In this document: positions 11,911 to 25,051 of the stretch, in pieces
Position numbering within the stretch: position 1 is the first letter of the stretch
How the letters are laid out: every line of letters begins with the position of its first letter
Assembly (NCBI GenBank): GCA_050084985.1
Contig: JBITNC010000001.1
Location: 170,810,001-170,874,000, forward strand
Reading direction: 5' to 3'
Length of the DNA stretch: 64,000 nucleotides
DNA from: Nageia nagi
Taxonomy: Eukaryota > Plantae > Pinophyta
Position numbers and translations under genes: made by a program
The notes under the pieces: model-generated
What the model was told of the DNA's origin: nothing
The model's input: the letters and a program-made list of their open reading frames with translations, nothing else
Databases searched by the model: none

Positions 11911-14900
11911 ATAAGACATTGTTAAGTCATTGATACATTATCAATTGACTAACCATGATACAATAAGCTCAAAGATAAAATGATACAAAGACAAAAGATA
12001 ATGATGGTTCAAGATGAGTGACTATTGTCCTACCACATAGTCTCCATTATTGGATGATTGCTAAAGGAGGATTAGGCTCTAGTATCGACTCCCATGATGA
12101 GAGGATATGCAAGGTAGATAATGATAAAAATATAATTATAAACAACCATAATGGGATACAAGCCACCAAATGACCAAGACCATAATCATAGTTGGAATTG
12201 ATTACAATCAAATGACATAGATTATGACCAGAAGCAAGACTAAAATAGTCACATGATAAAGAACTACGATCATAGATAGGCTAAACTGCCAAAGCATAGA
12301 GACTATGACCACAGGTGAACAAAAATGACTAGATAACAAATATAATGATCACATGTGGGACATAAATATTAGCATAATAGAGGCTATAATGATGGTTAGA
12401 TAGAAATGACCAGATGATAAAGGATAAGATCGCAACAAGATAAAAGCAAACCATGGTTAGGATTGATTGATGAGAAAAGGCTTAAGACTTGATCAGATGA
12501 TGAGATGATAGTTTAAGGCTTGACAAGATGACTAGATGTAGCTTAAGACTTGATAGGATGACCAGACATAATTTAAGACTCGATAGGGAGACTAGATGAG
12601 GGATTGGTTTAAATTTAAATTCAAACAATCGACTAATATACTAGCCAATAGACTAGTTAGGGATAAGATAATAATAGACAAATTGAAATATGACATCAAT
12701 CTATAAGAAATTGATTAAGACCAAAATGCTATCGATCACATGAATGTGATAGAATTAGATGATGGCTTAATAAGGCTATGACTGATGACACAAAGGGGAT
12801 CACATTACTCATAGGAGATGATAGAAAGATACTCATGATAATAGAAATAGAATAGGTGATAAAGCAGAATGAGGATAAATGATCGAACAAAATAGATTGA
12901 ACTCCACGACATGACAAAGATAACATAACATACATGAAAATAAAATAAATGACATGATAAAAAATAGATAAATGTTTAATGGATAAAAAGATCATATATT
13001 ATGATAAAATCCAACCAAACTAAGATAAGAATGGAAGGAAGAAAATACATTTATTAGCATTGATAAAAGTTTCCATTAACATGCTTGAGTGGATATCCAA
13101 AAGATAAAGTACAAATACAAACATGCAAAAATGCCCACAGTGATCAAGATGACAACTTTGCTAAGAGGCTCAAGTGGATAGGCAAATAAAAGACCAAGAT
13201 AAAGACCATGCTAATGATTATGTTGAAGATTATGCAGAACCATCGATGGGGTTGGGAGAGCTAGAACTAAAGCTCTCAGGTTTGAAGACTGGTGAGCTTT
13301 GAGGGTTGACAAGCAAGCTTGGTTGATTGAAGAGGGTTGCATGCATGATCGATGGGAAGTGGCACATGATGTCAAAGTATGGGTTAAATACCCACTAATA
13401 ATTCTCATAGACCAACTACACTTGAAAGGTAGACTCCTAGTGTAGATCATGGTGCCAAACTATGTGCTTGATAATGAAAGGATGATAGCACTCCTCAAGA
13501 TGAAGCACTGATGGACCAATAAAGTGTAGGAAGTGAAACACAAGCATCTTCCACATGAAGTAAAGGATGATCTTCCACATTTAGTATGGGAAACAGAGAA
13601 GGGCCAAGATGATGTGCAAATGATCAACATCATCCAATCGATGAACAAAGAGGATGGCATACCAATGATGATTATAGTTTTTTTGAATGCACATAATTCC
13701 AAGGTGAAGGATGGTCTACAACACAAGGTAAGCATGCTAAATGACTCGACCATAGATCTAATGTTGAAGGTCATCTTAAGGAAGATCAATATGAAGACCA
13801 AGGAAGAGGGATCTATCCATAATTATGATCAAGAAATAGAAGAGAATGAAATTATAAAATCATAACTAACAGGCAAGGATGACATAGACGAAGGGGAAGA
13901 ATAGAAGCTATCAAGAAACTATTAGAGATTCCTAAGAAAAGGTTGAAGATAAATGATAAAGAAAGAGTGATAAAAGAAGAACATATAAGGACATGAAGCA
14001 ATTTGGATCATTGATCATCATTGAAGATGAATGAAGCAGATCAAACAATAGTGATGTAGAATATGGATGAGGCTATACACTTGACTGTTTGACTAAATGA
14101 TCAAGAAAAATAAAAATTCAATCATAACAAAAGGATATGATATAATAAATGATGATTTATTTTATTAAAATAAAAGATTGATTCCCACCAACAAGCCCAG
14201 ATGGGTGGCATATGCAAAAAGAAAGATTCCCACTAATAAGCCTAGTGGGTAGCCATGATGATGCATCTAGCACATAGTAGGGTGACTAAGAGTCTGATTC
14301 AGATGAGCTGGTGTCATCAAAAGAAGAAGAGGAATCCAATGGGTCCAACTCAAGGAGAAACTAATGAGATAAAGGTGGGAAGTGACATAGGAAGGAGAAG
14401 CAATGACATGAAATCTATTCTCCATCATGGTGTATCATGTAGAAAGAATATGAGGATGACCACTAAAGTTTGAACTGACATATCGACCAAGCAATAGTGA
14501 CTAGTTCAAGATACTCCTATGGATGCATAAATAATAGATTGATATAGCACACCAACTATAACATAAAGCAATTGAATGGGGTGTATACCATCACACACCA
14601 CATCCAATCAGGATGACTCAACAATAACAGGAACAAGCAAACATGTTCAACATGTTCAAGATGACAGACCATGCAAATCCTAAAGCAATTTTTGGGTTGC
14701 TCATGAATGAAGGTGAGTTGCTATCATGATAGGGATTTGATAGTAGATGTAGCCCAAATGGTCAAGGCTACATAGCTTCCATGGTACATAAGGACATCCT
14801 ACAGCTCACTTGATAGAGTGAGGAAGCGAATAAAATCCATACAAGATAAAGAATGACAAGAACAAAATGCTCACTAAAAGAAGCGATGAAGAGAATAAGC

Positions 14901-16339
14901 CATGAGAATCAAAAAGGGTTGCATGGGATTATATGCTACTAGAAAGATGCATAATAAATGAGTGGAAATGATGATGACAATGGTAAATGAGGAAAAATGA
15001 ACGATTGAGATGAGAGATTATCAAAGACATGAATATCATACTAACATGCAGGTTTGAATGACTGTGGTTTGAATGGTCAAAGGAAATGATGGAGCAAACA
15101 GTGATGTGGTATGCACATAATGACTAGATAAGAATGTAATGAAGATCACCATAATGGTGACATTCAAAAGGTAGGTGAATGGATATGACACAATGATGGA
15201 TAAATATGTATCGATTATGTGAATAGTCAAGATGAAATGGTGGATAGTATGTAGTAGACAAGATGGACGATCAAGATGAACAGGTGTATGGAGACACTGT
15301 GAGACCCTTTATGTTTATCACAACTATTAAATGGGACATAAAACATGAGAAGAATGGGGAAGAACAAACCAACTGATCATGGATCTAATGGAGCCATGGT
15401 GGAACCAAATCCATATAGGAAAAAATGATGTTGAAGGATCCACAAGTGGTGGAGGTGATAAAGAAAAGGTTGGACACGTAGGAGTTACTCCTATGAATGC
15501 AGGTGAAGAGACATAAGGATGGGCATAAGTAGACAATATCTACTTGTGCTAAGAATTGGTTGAATATAAGAGAGAAGCAAAGATATTGATTCAAAAATAT
15601 GACATCATATGGAGAGAGAACATAATGTGTATGCAATCTTGGAAAAAAGCTCATGGCTAAGCAAGACAAACTAATAGCAGAAAAGGAGGTGATAGCCAAA
15701 CAAGATCAAGAGATGGAACAAAGGTTGAAACACAACTTTTGCAATGCTCATAGCAGTCTATGCAAAAATAATTAGCGATGGAAGAGGAGATCTAATGTAT
15801 ATGAGAACATCCTCTTACACCACAGAATCCATGTTCCAAGGTCAACACTAGATGCCTTGGAAGTGGATGAGATAACTGTGGATTCTACATAGGGGAACCC
15901 ATAATTACAATAGACTCCAAATGAAGAAAGCACAACATAAAATGATGAAGGGACAAGACCAAGCATAGAATGGATCAAGCACTTATTAGGATAAAAATAA
16001 GCGATGATAAAAAAACAACGATGAAGATAGACGAATGTAAAAATTTGCCATCACACGATGTAATAAAAAGATATTTTTGTTAAACACACATTTTCTATTT
16101 TTATTTCATTTTATTTATTTTTGATGTTTTATTTTTTTAAACAAATGAAACAACACATAACATGATGTTTAACAACATGATGAAGATAAGATGATAAAAT
16201 ATTAACACGACAAATGATAAAAATAATGAATGACAACAATGATAAATGATAAAATGACAAATGATAAAAATGATTAATGATAAAAATGATAGATGATAAA
16301 TGATAAGAAATATGAATGATAAAAATGAAAAATGACAAC

Positions 16340-17165
16340 AGATAATGACCTCTTCTTTGCCCCAACAGATGAAGGGAACATGATCGTAGGCATGCAAACC
16401 TATCGAGCATACAGTCGATGCTTGTACAAAGATAAAAAATGATAAATGATAAAAGATAATGACTTCTACTTTGCCCTAGCAGATGAAGGGAACATGATTG
16501 TAGGCAAGTAGACCTACCAAGCATATAGCCAATGCTCATACAAAGACAAAAAATGATAAAGAGATAAATAATAAACATGACAAATGAAAAACATGATGAA
16601 AAAAACAAATGACAAATGATAAATGACAAAAATGATGAAAAAAAAAAGATAAAAGATTAATGTTAAATAAAAATGACTTATGCTTTGCCCCAGCAGATGA
16701 AGGGAAATATGATCATAGATACGCAAACCTACCCAATGTATTACCAACAGTCGTACAAAAAGATAAAAGACACATGATCTCTAGTTTACCCCAATAGATG
16801 AAGGGAAAGATGACCATAGGTATGCAGACCTACCAAGCATATAGCCAATGGTTGCACAAAAAGATAAAAGATGTATGATTTTTGCTTTGCCTTAATAGCT
16901 AAAGGAAAGATGATCATAGGCATGTAGACCTATCAAGCGTATAGCCAACACATGTACAAAGAGACAAATGATAAAAGAGACAATGACTTCTGCTTTTCCC
17001 TAGTAGATGAAGGGAATAATACCATAGGCATGTAGACCTACCAAGCATATAGTTGATGCTTGTATAAAGAGATAAAAGATGCATGATTTCTACTTTACCT
17101 TAATAGCTAAAGGGTAAATGATCGAATGTATATGTAGCATGCAGGCATATGACACTTGTACAAAA
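16340..17165 (-). repeat. 7 x ~105-bp structured repeat (two hairpins plus pseudoknot-like core); further copy at ~18765-18855
   Basis: Plus-strand cores TTCTRCTTTGCCCYAGCAGATGAAGGG at ~16351, 16464, 16678, 16780, 16881, 16988, 17088 and 18769. Confidence 0.9.
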
Positions 17166-17206
17166 ATGAATAAGTTGAACAAAATAAGAAGGCATGATGG
17201 ATGATA

Positions 17207-17681
17207 GTGTGATGAGGATGCATGTCACATGAAGGATATGATAGGCTGAAGATGTGATGAGGACACACATCACACAAAAATACAAGATAAAGGGGATGAT
17301 GAGATGATAAGGTGATGTGATGAGGATGCATATCACATAAGGGGACAAAATAGATGTGATGAGGATACACGTCAAACAAAGGAACAATGCTAAAGGGGTT
17401 GACATGATAGTGTGATAAGGACACATGTCACAAAAAATAACAACACAAGGTAGATGACATGATCAGATGATGGTGTGATGAGGACACACATCACACAAGA
17501 AAATAATGACAAAGAAATGACTCAATGAGACGATGGTGCAATGAGGACACACATCACATAAGAGGACAAGATAGAGATGAACATGATGGGATGATGGTGT
17601 GATGAGGACACACATCACACGAATGAATAAGGATAAAGAGGACATGATAGGCTGATAGTGTGATGAGGATACACATCATAC
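17207..17681. repeat. Array of nine 24-bp palindromic repeats separated by 15-39 bp variable spacers
   Basis: Consensus GTGTGATG-AGGACACA-CATCACAC at 17207, 17252, 17315, 17354, 17410, 17473, 17536, 17597 and 17658. Confidence 0.93.
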
Positions 17682-19039
17682 AGGAAGAAAAATGATTAAG
17701 CAAGTCAGTATGATGGATGACAAAACAAGAAACCTAACAATTTGACTAAGTGGAATATGAAATAATGAAGCATATTCAAAGGTTTATAAGGCATGATAAA
17801 GACCAAGAAGATCATTCTAATGATTGAGAAATCATTTGAATGACCTAAACTGACCAATTGTTCAAATGACCCTGATAGGGTTTAAATGAAAAAGTCCCAC
17901 ATGACTTGTGTTGTGCAAATATGCATAACTTTTATATGTGGAATACGACTCATAAAAGTATATCTTAAAGGATTTCCAATAATAGGTCATGCACTCTCTT
18001 ACAAAGATAGTGTGAAGCTATTTTTGAGGGCCTTTAATATTTTGACGAAATAAACACTAAATGGGAGACAACATAACTCGACACCATAAACATGAAAAAG
18101 AAAAAGAAAAAACACAATACATATAAATAAAAAGTAAATGACTTGACTCGACTAATCTATTTTATTTTGACTTGATTTGATCTAATTTTGATTTGATCAA
18201 GTTTGACTTGCTTAAACTGGTTTAGACTAAGGAAGAATTGGTTTATACTTGATTGAGTTTAAGAGCGATTTGAGGTTAACTTGATTTGACTTGACTTAGT
18301 TTGAGAGAAAATTTAATCCGAGAATAGGGTTGACTTCAATGCATGTTTAGGACTATTCTTGCTTCATTGTAGATCGAAGATAATGTCCAACAACCTTGAT
18401 CAAAGATAATTTCCAATAGCCCCAACTCAAAGGAGGACTAAGAGCGAAGCAATAAAATGACAAGTGCAAGGCAATGATAAAGGATAATAATGACATGATG
18501 ATATAATGACTAACACATGACCAACTAAGATAAAGGAAAAATGGAGAAAAATTTGAAGCACAATATAGAGGAAGAAAAGATAATACAAGATGATGAAGAG
18601 AAGAAACATATGATAAGGCAATGATGTATTAAGGATTCACAACACATAAAAGGACCATTCTAAGGGATGTTGTGATCATAGTCTCATGGACATACCAAGC
18701 TTATTCATAGCATGTAGGTATACAATGCTTGTATAAAAGATAATGATAAAATGACAAATGATAAAGACTTTTGCTTCACCCTAGTAAATGAAGGGAATGA
18801 TCATAGGTTTGTAGACCTACCAAGCATATGCATGCATACAATGCTTGCACAAATGACTATTATAATGATAAAATGATAAACATGCTTAACTCAACCAAAG
18901 ACAATTGATGATGACTATCAAGGATGGACATGTGTTTAATGGCTCATCCAACAAAGGTGATGATAAACCTGCTTATGACATTGATGTTTTGATTATGATT
19001 AGGCATGTGATTTTTTGATTATCTCCAACTATTGATTAA

Positions 19040-20670
19040 ATGATGCGATTAGTGCTTATGTGGATATTATCCCATTATCAATAAGATCTTGAATCTCATT
19101 CTTCAATTGCATGCATCAATTGGTTTCATGTCCACATTACCTATGATAATCACAAAATGTATTTTCCTTATACCAAGGTCTTGATGATGCTTCTTGACTT
19201 TCCTTGATTGGGGGTAACATCAAAAGATTTAGTTGTAATAATGTTGGTAATATATCCAATAAAGAGTTCCCCAAAGGAGTGAAATGTCTTCTTATCCTTG
19301 GTTTGTTCAATTGTAATATAGGTTGACAATTTGTTATTATTTGATTGATCTCATATTACAATTGACTTGTTGATTGGTCATGATATGTTCAATGATTTTC
19401 ATTACATTGATGATCTTGATCATGATTATTGTCTCATAATTTGATTTTTCCTGATTCAATCTTGACCTCTTCAACATGCTTTGCTTTTGATAAAACATCC
19501 TCAAAAGATTTGTGTTGTTGAATTTTTAAGATAGAGGATATTTATTTGTGACAACTCTTGCTAAAGATTTTGATACATTCTTCATGTGGCAAGGAATAGG
19601 GTAAGTCCAATTCAATTGCTCTCCATCTAGCCACATAATCTTTGATTGATTCATCATCATGTTGAAATATGTTTAACAATTATATTATTGATGATATTTT
19701 CCTTATGTTGATGGTAAAGTAGTTTAAGAATTGATTGACCAATTGTTCAAAAGAGAAGATGCTATGTTGAGGCAAATTGTTGTGCCAATCCAATGCTTAA
19801 TTTCCCAACATCATAGGGAAAACTCTTAACATGAGAACATCATCTTGGGTAAATTTGTAACAAGAATATTTGAACTGCATGAGATGTTCTTAAGGATCCT
19901 CTTTCCCTATGAATTTGTCTATCTTGGGAGATTTGATGTTGTAAGAATAGACTTTGGTGAGGACTGATGGATGAATTGGCTCATGACAAATTGATCGATA
20001 TGTTATCTTTGACTTTCCTTAATTATTGAGCTTTTATTTGATTTTATTGAATCTTTTAAAGATCACATCATATGAAGTCTAATGTTACTTTTGATGTTGA
20101 TAAGCTTGTCATATGTTATGGTCAATGGTTGATTATATGTTGCATTGGGAACAAAATATCTTTATTGTTGAGCCATTTGATTAGTTTGTCCTTGATTTTG
20201 ACTTGATGATTGATGCATGATGAAAGAAGGAGAAGCACTCCTACTTTGACATGGTTGGGAGGCCACTTGTTGAAAGTTTCCTTGAAATTGAATTGAACTT
20301 GATTGTGTATCCCTTGAGGAAGGGAGATAATGGTTAAGTCCTAAGTCATGAGAGGTTACTGAGGACTCGGATTGCATGACATGAGATGTTGATGAAATAG
20401 AAGATCTAGTTAGTTGAACTTGAGGATTTGACTTACCTTGATTTGATGCAATAAATGATAAAGTGCTAACACAAGAAGGAGGATAACTATGACATGAAGA
20501 CTCATAACAATGAAGGATATGTCTAGGAGAAGAAGATAAATAAAGGATGGTTTGACTATCCTTACTTCGGACCATGAATTATTTGAAGAGCTCAGATAAA
20601 GCTTCTTGAACAATAGGGTCATCAACAAATTGATCCTTAATAAACAAAAGAAGACCTTGAAACACATGAC
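19040..20670 (-). pseudogene. Ogre/Tat-type gag, decayed
   Basis: Manual translation gives PKIDKFIGKEDP*EHLMQFKYSC...LMLRVFP...ALDWHNNLPQHSIFSFEQLVNQFL (retrotransposon gag core, ~19690-19950) and the zinc knuckle FCDYHR*CGHETN*CMQLKNEIQDLIDNG (~19065-19160). The start position is approximate. Confidence 0.85.
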
Positions 20671-22229
20671 TTGACTTTATCTCACTAACCAATTGAGAAT
20701 CAAAAGACATAGTGGGATGACTAGATAAAGAATGACAAGCATGACATCAAAAAGGACTAGAATAATAAGGAGTAATAGAGACATGAGAAGGGTAAGACAC
20801 ATGAGACAAAGGATGATTAATTAGACTAGAATGACAATATTGACAAGGTGACTTATGATCTAGACTTAGTGTTTGATTTTGCTCTTATTTTGATTGGTTA
20901 GACTTAGGGTGTTCATTAAGCTCATGCAAGGAACAAAAGGAACAAATGATATAGCTACTAAATCAAAGTGTTCCAAAGGTACCAAATAATGATAAGCAAA
21001 CAAACACCAAGCCTAAAATGATTTGAATTTGATTTTTTTGACTTTTTTAACTTTTGATTTTTATTTTTATTTTTATTTTTGATTTTGAGGATGCAATGCA
21101 AGACTAACACACAAACATCCTACACGATCACTTCAAATATGTCTAAATGATAAGAAGCAATGGTGATAAATAGCAATGGTATTTATCTCATTTAGTTACT
21201 TCTTATTCAATTGAGTCTTTATATTTTTAATGAAATAATTTTTTTAATGCACTTGTAAAATCCTGACTCTTATTAATTTTCCTAGAGATGATTCTAGTCA
21301 AGTGTTTTTAGGTAAGGCTCAATCTCTAGAGGGTGAGTTATTTTCCAAGGGTGTCTCAAGTACCTCTGTTGACTTCTTGCCAAATAAAGAGGAGCTCCCA
21401 CCACTCCCACCTTGGTGATTAAATCCAAGTATGGGTTAGGTCATGGTGATCAAGTCCATGTACCCTTGTCACTCCCTAGGTATGTGAGGACTTTAAGTAC
21501 AAGAGATAAATATGATGTGTAATCCTATATGAAAGTGTAATGCATGTAAATCTCCCAAATTAAATAGAAAGGCACTCTAAAGCCAAGGATGCTAACATAA
21601 TTTTTTTTTATTTTTTTGAAATAAATGATAATGCAAAGATAGCAGTTTATTCAAATGTACTCAACAATCAAGAAAAAACCCAATACTAAAGGAAATCTTT
21701 TTTCAAGATGTTAATTTTAAACAACAAATAAGATTTCCATGTGAAATGCAACACTCCCCTAAAATGCAATGCAAATTTTGATTAAGATGAAGTGGCAATC
21801 CTACATGCAAAGAGTAATCAAATGGTATTAACAATATGTAGAAAGGAATTCAAAAGCTGACCTACCCTTGAATGTTCCTTCTTGCTCCAAATTTGATGGT
21901 TGAAATGAAGATTACAATGCTCTATGTTAAAATCATCCATGATAGGAATGATTATGCCAATCATTTGAATGATCAGTAGTCATTCAAATGATCATAATGC
22001 ACTAGAGAATGAATTTAAAATGATCAAAAAAGAATAAAAAGATAAAACCCTATGATAAGGGTGTACAGACACATATTATGCAAAGGACACTTCAAATGTT
22101 ATAGATTAATGATAGTGGATTGTTTCCCCTAGTATAGACTTAATCTAGGTACAAAAATACAAAAATAAAAGGACATAAAGATGATTAGCATACAAGATTA
22201 TTCCTTTATAGAATGATTTATAATGACTA

Positions 22230-22530
22230 ATCATCCATCTATGTGATGATTTGATAAATCATTTGACTATGTGATGATTTTATTGAAGATCGTTCTAAAC
22301 TAAGGTGCAAGCAAAATCATTCTTCTCTATGATGATTTGATGAATCATTCAATTATGCAATGATCTAATGAAGATAATGCTGGATGATGATTGTAGGAAA
22401 ATCATCTATCAATGTGATGATTTGATCAATCATTTGAATGTCTGATGATTTGATGAAGATAGTGATGGACACTGTGCAGGTAGGATCATTTGTCTGTGTG
22501 ATGATTTGGAAAATATATTCTCTTATGTAA
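22230..22530. repeat. Degenerate short tandem repeats (TGATGATTTGAT.AATCATTT) in 5' leader of gag-only element
   Basis: About 7 recurrences of GTGATGATTTG followed by an AATCATT-like motif. Confidence 0.6.
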
Positions 22531-22765
22531 TGATTTACAATCAAAATAATTTTTCTATGGAACAATATGATCTATTTTAAATTTTATCATCCAAGGTTTC
22601 TAGAGTCAAGTTTATGCACATCAAGGAAGGTACCTTGTAAGTTTAGATGGATGTTAGTGATAAGAATGTGCCAAAATAGGAGATGTTCAAAGATAAAAAA
22701 TCCAAAATAGGAGTTAGATATTTAGAAATCCTCTATGATGATTTGGAGTTTCAATACCAACTTAA

Positions 22766-22782
22766 TCCCACCATGATTGCCA
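22766..22782 (-). promoter_or_regulatory. Primer-binding site, tRNA-Arg-like (TGGCAATCATGGTGGGA)
   Basis: 3 nt downstream of the 5' LTR. Differs from the recalled plant tRNA-Arg complement TGGCGACCACAGTGGGA only by transitions. A tRNA-Arg PBS is typical of Ogre/Tat. Confidence 0.7.
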
Positions 22783-22785
22783 TTT

Positions 22786-23835
22786 TGTGAGCATTCAAAA
22801 CCATTCATGGGTCTTCTAGATACCACTTTGCAACATCTAAAATGTTCCTTGTATTATGATGTGCATAGATGGATGATAGTTGATCTAGACCTATAGCAGA
22901 TAAATGTTAGTAAGGATCTCTTCACTATGGTCCCTTAAGGTCCCAAAGCATACTCCAAGAGAGGTTTGAAACCTTCGTGAATGAATGTAGATCCCTATCC
23001 CATAACAAAATGGGTGCTAGAAAATAAGTAAATGCCTAGGATGCAAGAATGATAAAATTAAATTAATTTAAATGAATCTAGCCTAGGAGATATACTACAT
23101 GACATATAAAATGCATTAAAACACTTATTTATAGAAGGATATAATGCTTTAATGGCTCCTTGATGCTCATCTCCAAGTTAGCTCCAAGAAAGCTCTCCAA
23201 CACATGCAAGAAAGATTAAAACATGTCCTTGTGCTTTGGTTCAAATTTGCATGGAAAGAGGGATAGGAGGAAGCTCTTAATATAGGTTGTCTGATTAGTG
23301 TTCTTGGTTGTTTAGGGTGATAAAGTACTGAGTATTAAGTGTGGCTTTTTACTTGGTTGATTTACATTCTATGTGTTCGAGGCTACTGAGTGTTGACTAT
23401 TCTTCCCTCAATGTTAGCTAAAGCTTATTATTCTTTGTTCTCTGTTGAATGAATTGCTAGCTATTGAGTGACCAAGGAAAATTGAATGTTCAGAATTCCA
23501 ACTTGCCAAAGGAGGGAGAGTGAGTTAGCTAATAGAATGGATGTTGCATGATAGAGATGGAGGGTTTGATTTCTAAGTGGGAGACCAAAGGGTGGCTAAC
23601 TGGCTGACCACATCTGTGATTATGTGACTTCTATTTTGGGCATGTGTGAGGAGTAATAATAGATGAAGGAGGGAAATAGATTCTAAATGTAATTTATTTG
23701 AAAAATTATTCCACTAAGGAATGATTCTGATAAAAGACATAAAAATGACCAAATATGGTAACACAAGACCATGAAAGATGATGGATGATCACATGACATT
23801 ATAAATAGCATAAAATATATTTTTTAGGTGCTTAC
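22786..23835 (-). repeat. 5' LTR of gag-only element (terminal base displaced to 31923 by copia insertion)
   Basis: TGTGAGCATTC...TTTTTAGGTGCTTAC|A, homologous to 9786-10876. Confidence 0.92.
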
Positions 23836-24338
23836 TAAGAGAATTATACTATAACATGAACAATCCTAAACTCCTAAGATCACATGAAAGCTCTCAATTC
23901 ACATCTAACTATCACACAAAGTAATCTCACAAAGATAACACAAGATGTAAGTGGTTCCTCTAACTAAGAGTACATCCACTAACTAGATCTTTACTTCAAT
24001 CACAAATACAACTCTCTTATAATCCTCCTAATCTCAACTCTTAAACACTATCCTCTAGCACAACTTTACTCTACAAATTGGTGTGTCCTCACAAAAAAAG
24101 GAGCCTTCTATTTATAGGCCAAAATCCCTCTTTGGATCACCCTTTTATCCAATGTATAAAAGCATGACATGCACATCCTTTTACCCAAGGGGCATGCTCA
24201 CGACATGGAGTGTAGGACAAGTTACATTATCATATTCACTTAAATACTTAAGGTATCAAATGATACCCTTAAGTATTAGTGGACTTACATAAAATATTAC
24301 TACATTACCTTTACAAAAATGCATTATAAATTCCAACA
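23836..24338 (-). repeat. 3' LTR of nested copia
   Basis: Direct repeat of 31431-31917, adjacent to the PPT. Confidence 0.95.
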
Positions 24339-25051
24339 CTCCCTCTTAATGCAATATTGGGATAGAGCAAATAATAAAGAAGAAGAAAAGAGAGTAAAAA
24401 AGTTATCCTCCAAATAGATACAACAGAGATGAGAACTTTTTACATATTTATGAAGTAAGAAAGATCTAGTTTGAGACTCACTACTTTGCAAAATACAATC
24501 ATTAACCATAATCAATTTCAATGTACACGAAGTAGTCATCCAATTGGAAGTTATGAAGAGTCTCCAAAAGCTTTCATACCTAAGGTAAGTAACCTGTAAT
24601 CTCAAAGGAACCTGCAAGTCATAAGCAGCTCAAATAACAAGATTAGTTAGATGCAACATATTCATCTCAACAAAGATATATGAATCACACAAATGCCATC
24701 ATGAATTGATCAATGGTGCACTATAAGTCATCACGAAGATGCCATGCTAAAAACTCATAATCACCTACTATATACAAAACATGTGTTGATTATCATTACA
24801 AAATAGAGTATGCACATACGATTTCCTCACATATGAATAACTAAACAGTGCCAAAAGACACATAAGATTTTCTCACACATGGATAATTGAAAAGTGCTAA
24901 ATTGGCCAATCTTTTTGCTCTAAAAAGTTTGTACAACAAGTTCTTTACACAAAGTGAACTTACCACAAAGGTGTATAATAAAATCAACACTATACAACAT
25001 CCTCCTAGGGGTGAAATTGTCATCATAAACATGAATTCAACACATAAGAAT

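Noticed and set aside
16129-17645. Cluster of hydrophobic or His/Cys-rich minus-strand ORFs
   Set aside because: Artefacts of T/C-rich low-complexity repeats that lack stop codons in several frames.
17207-17681. Bona fide CRISPR array, or hammerhead ribozyme (TGATGAG core) of a retrozyme
   Set aside because: No cas genes, eukaryotic TE context and inter-related spacers. The hammerhead CTGATGA...GAAA core is not present; TGATG is paired within the stem.
21745-21770. CAACACTCCCCT resembling a copia PPT/LTR junction inside the gag-only element
   Set aside because: No associated LTR partner, TSD or copia coding sequence found.
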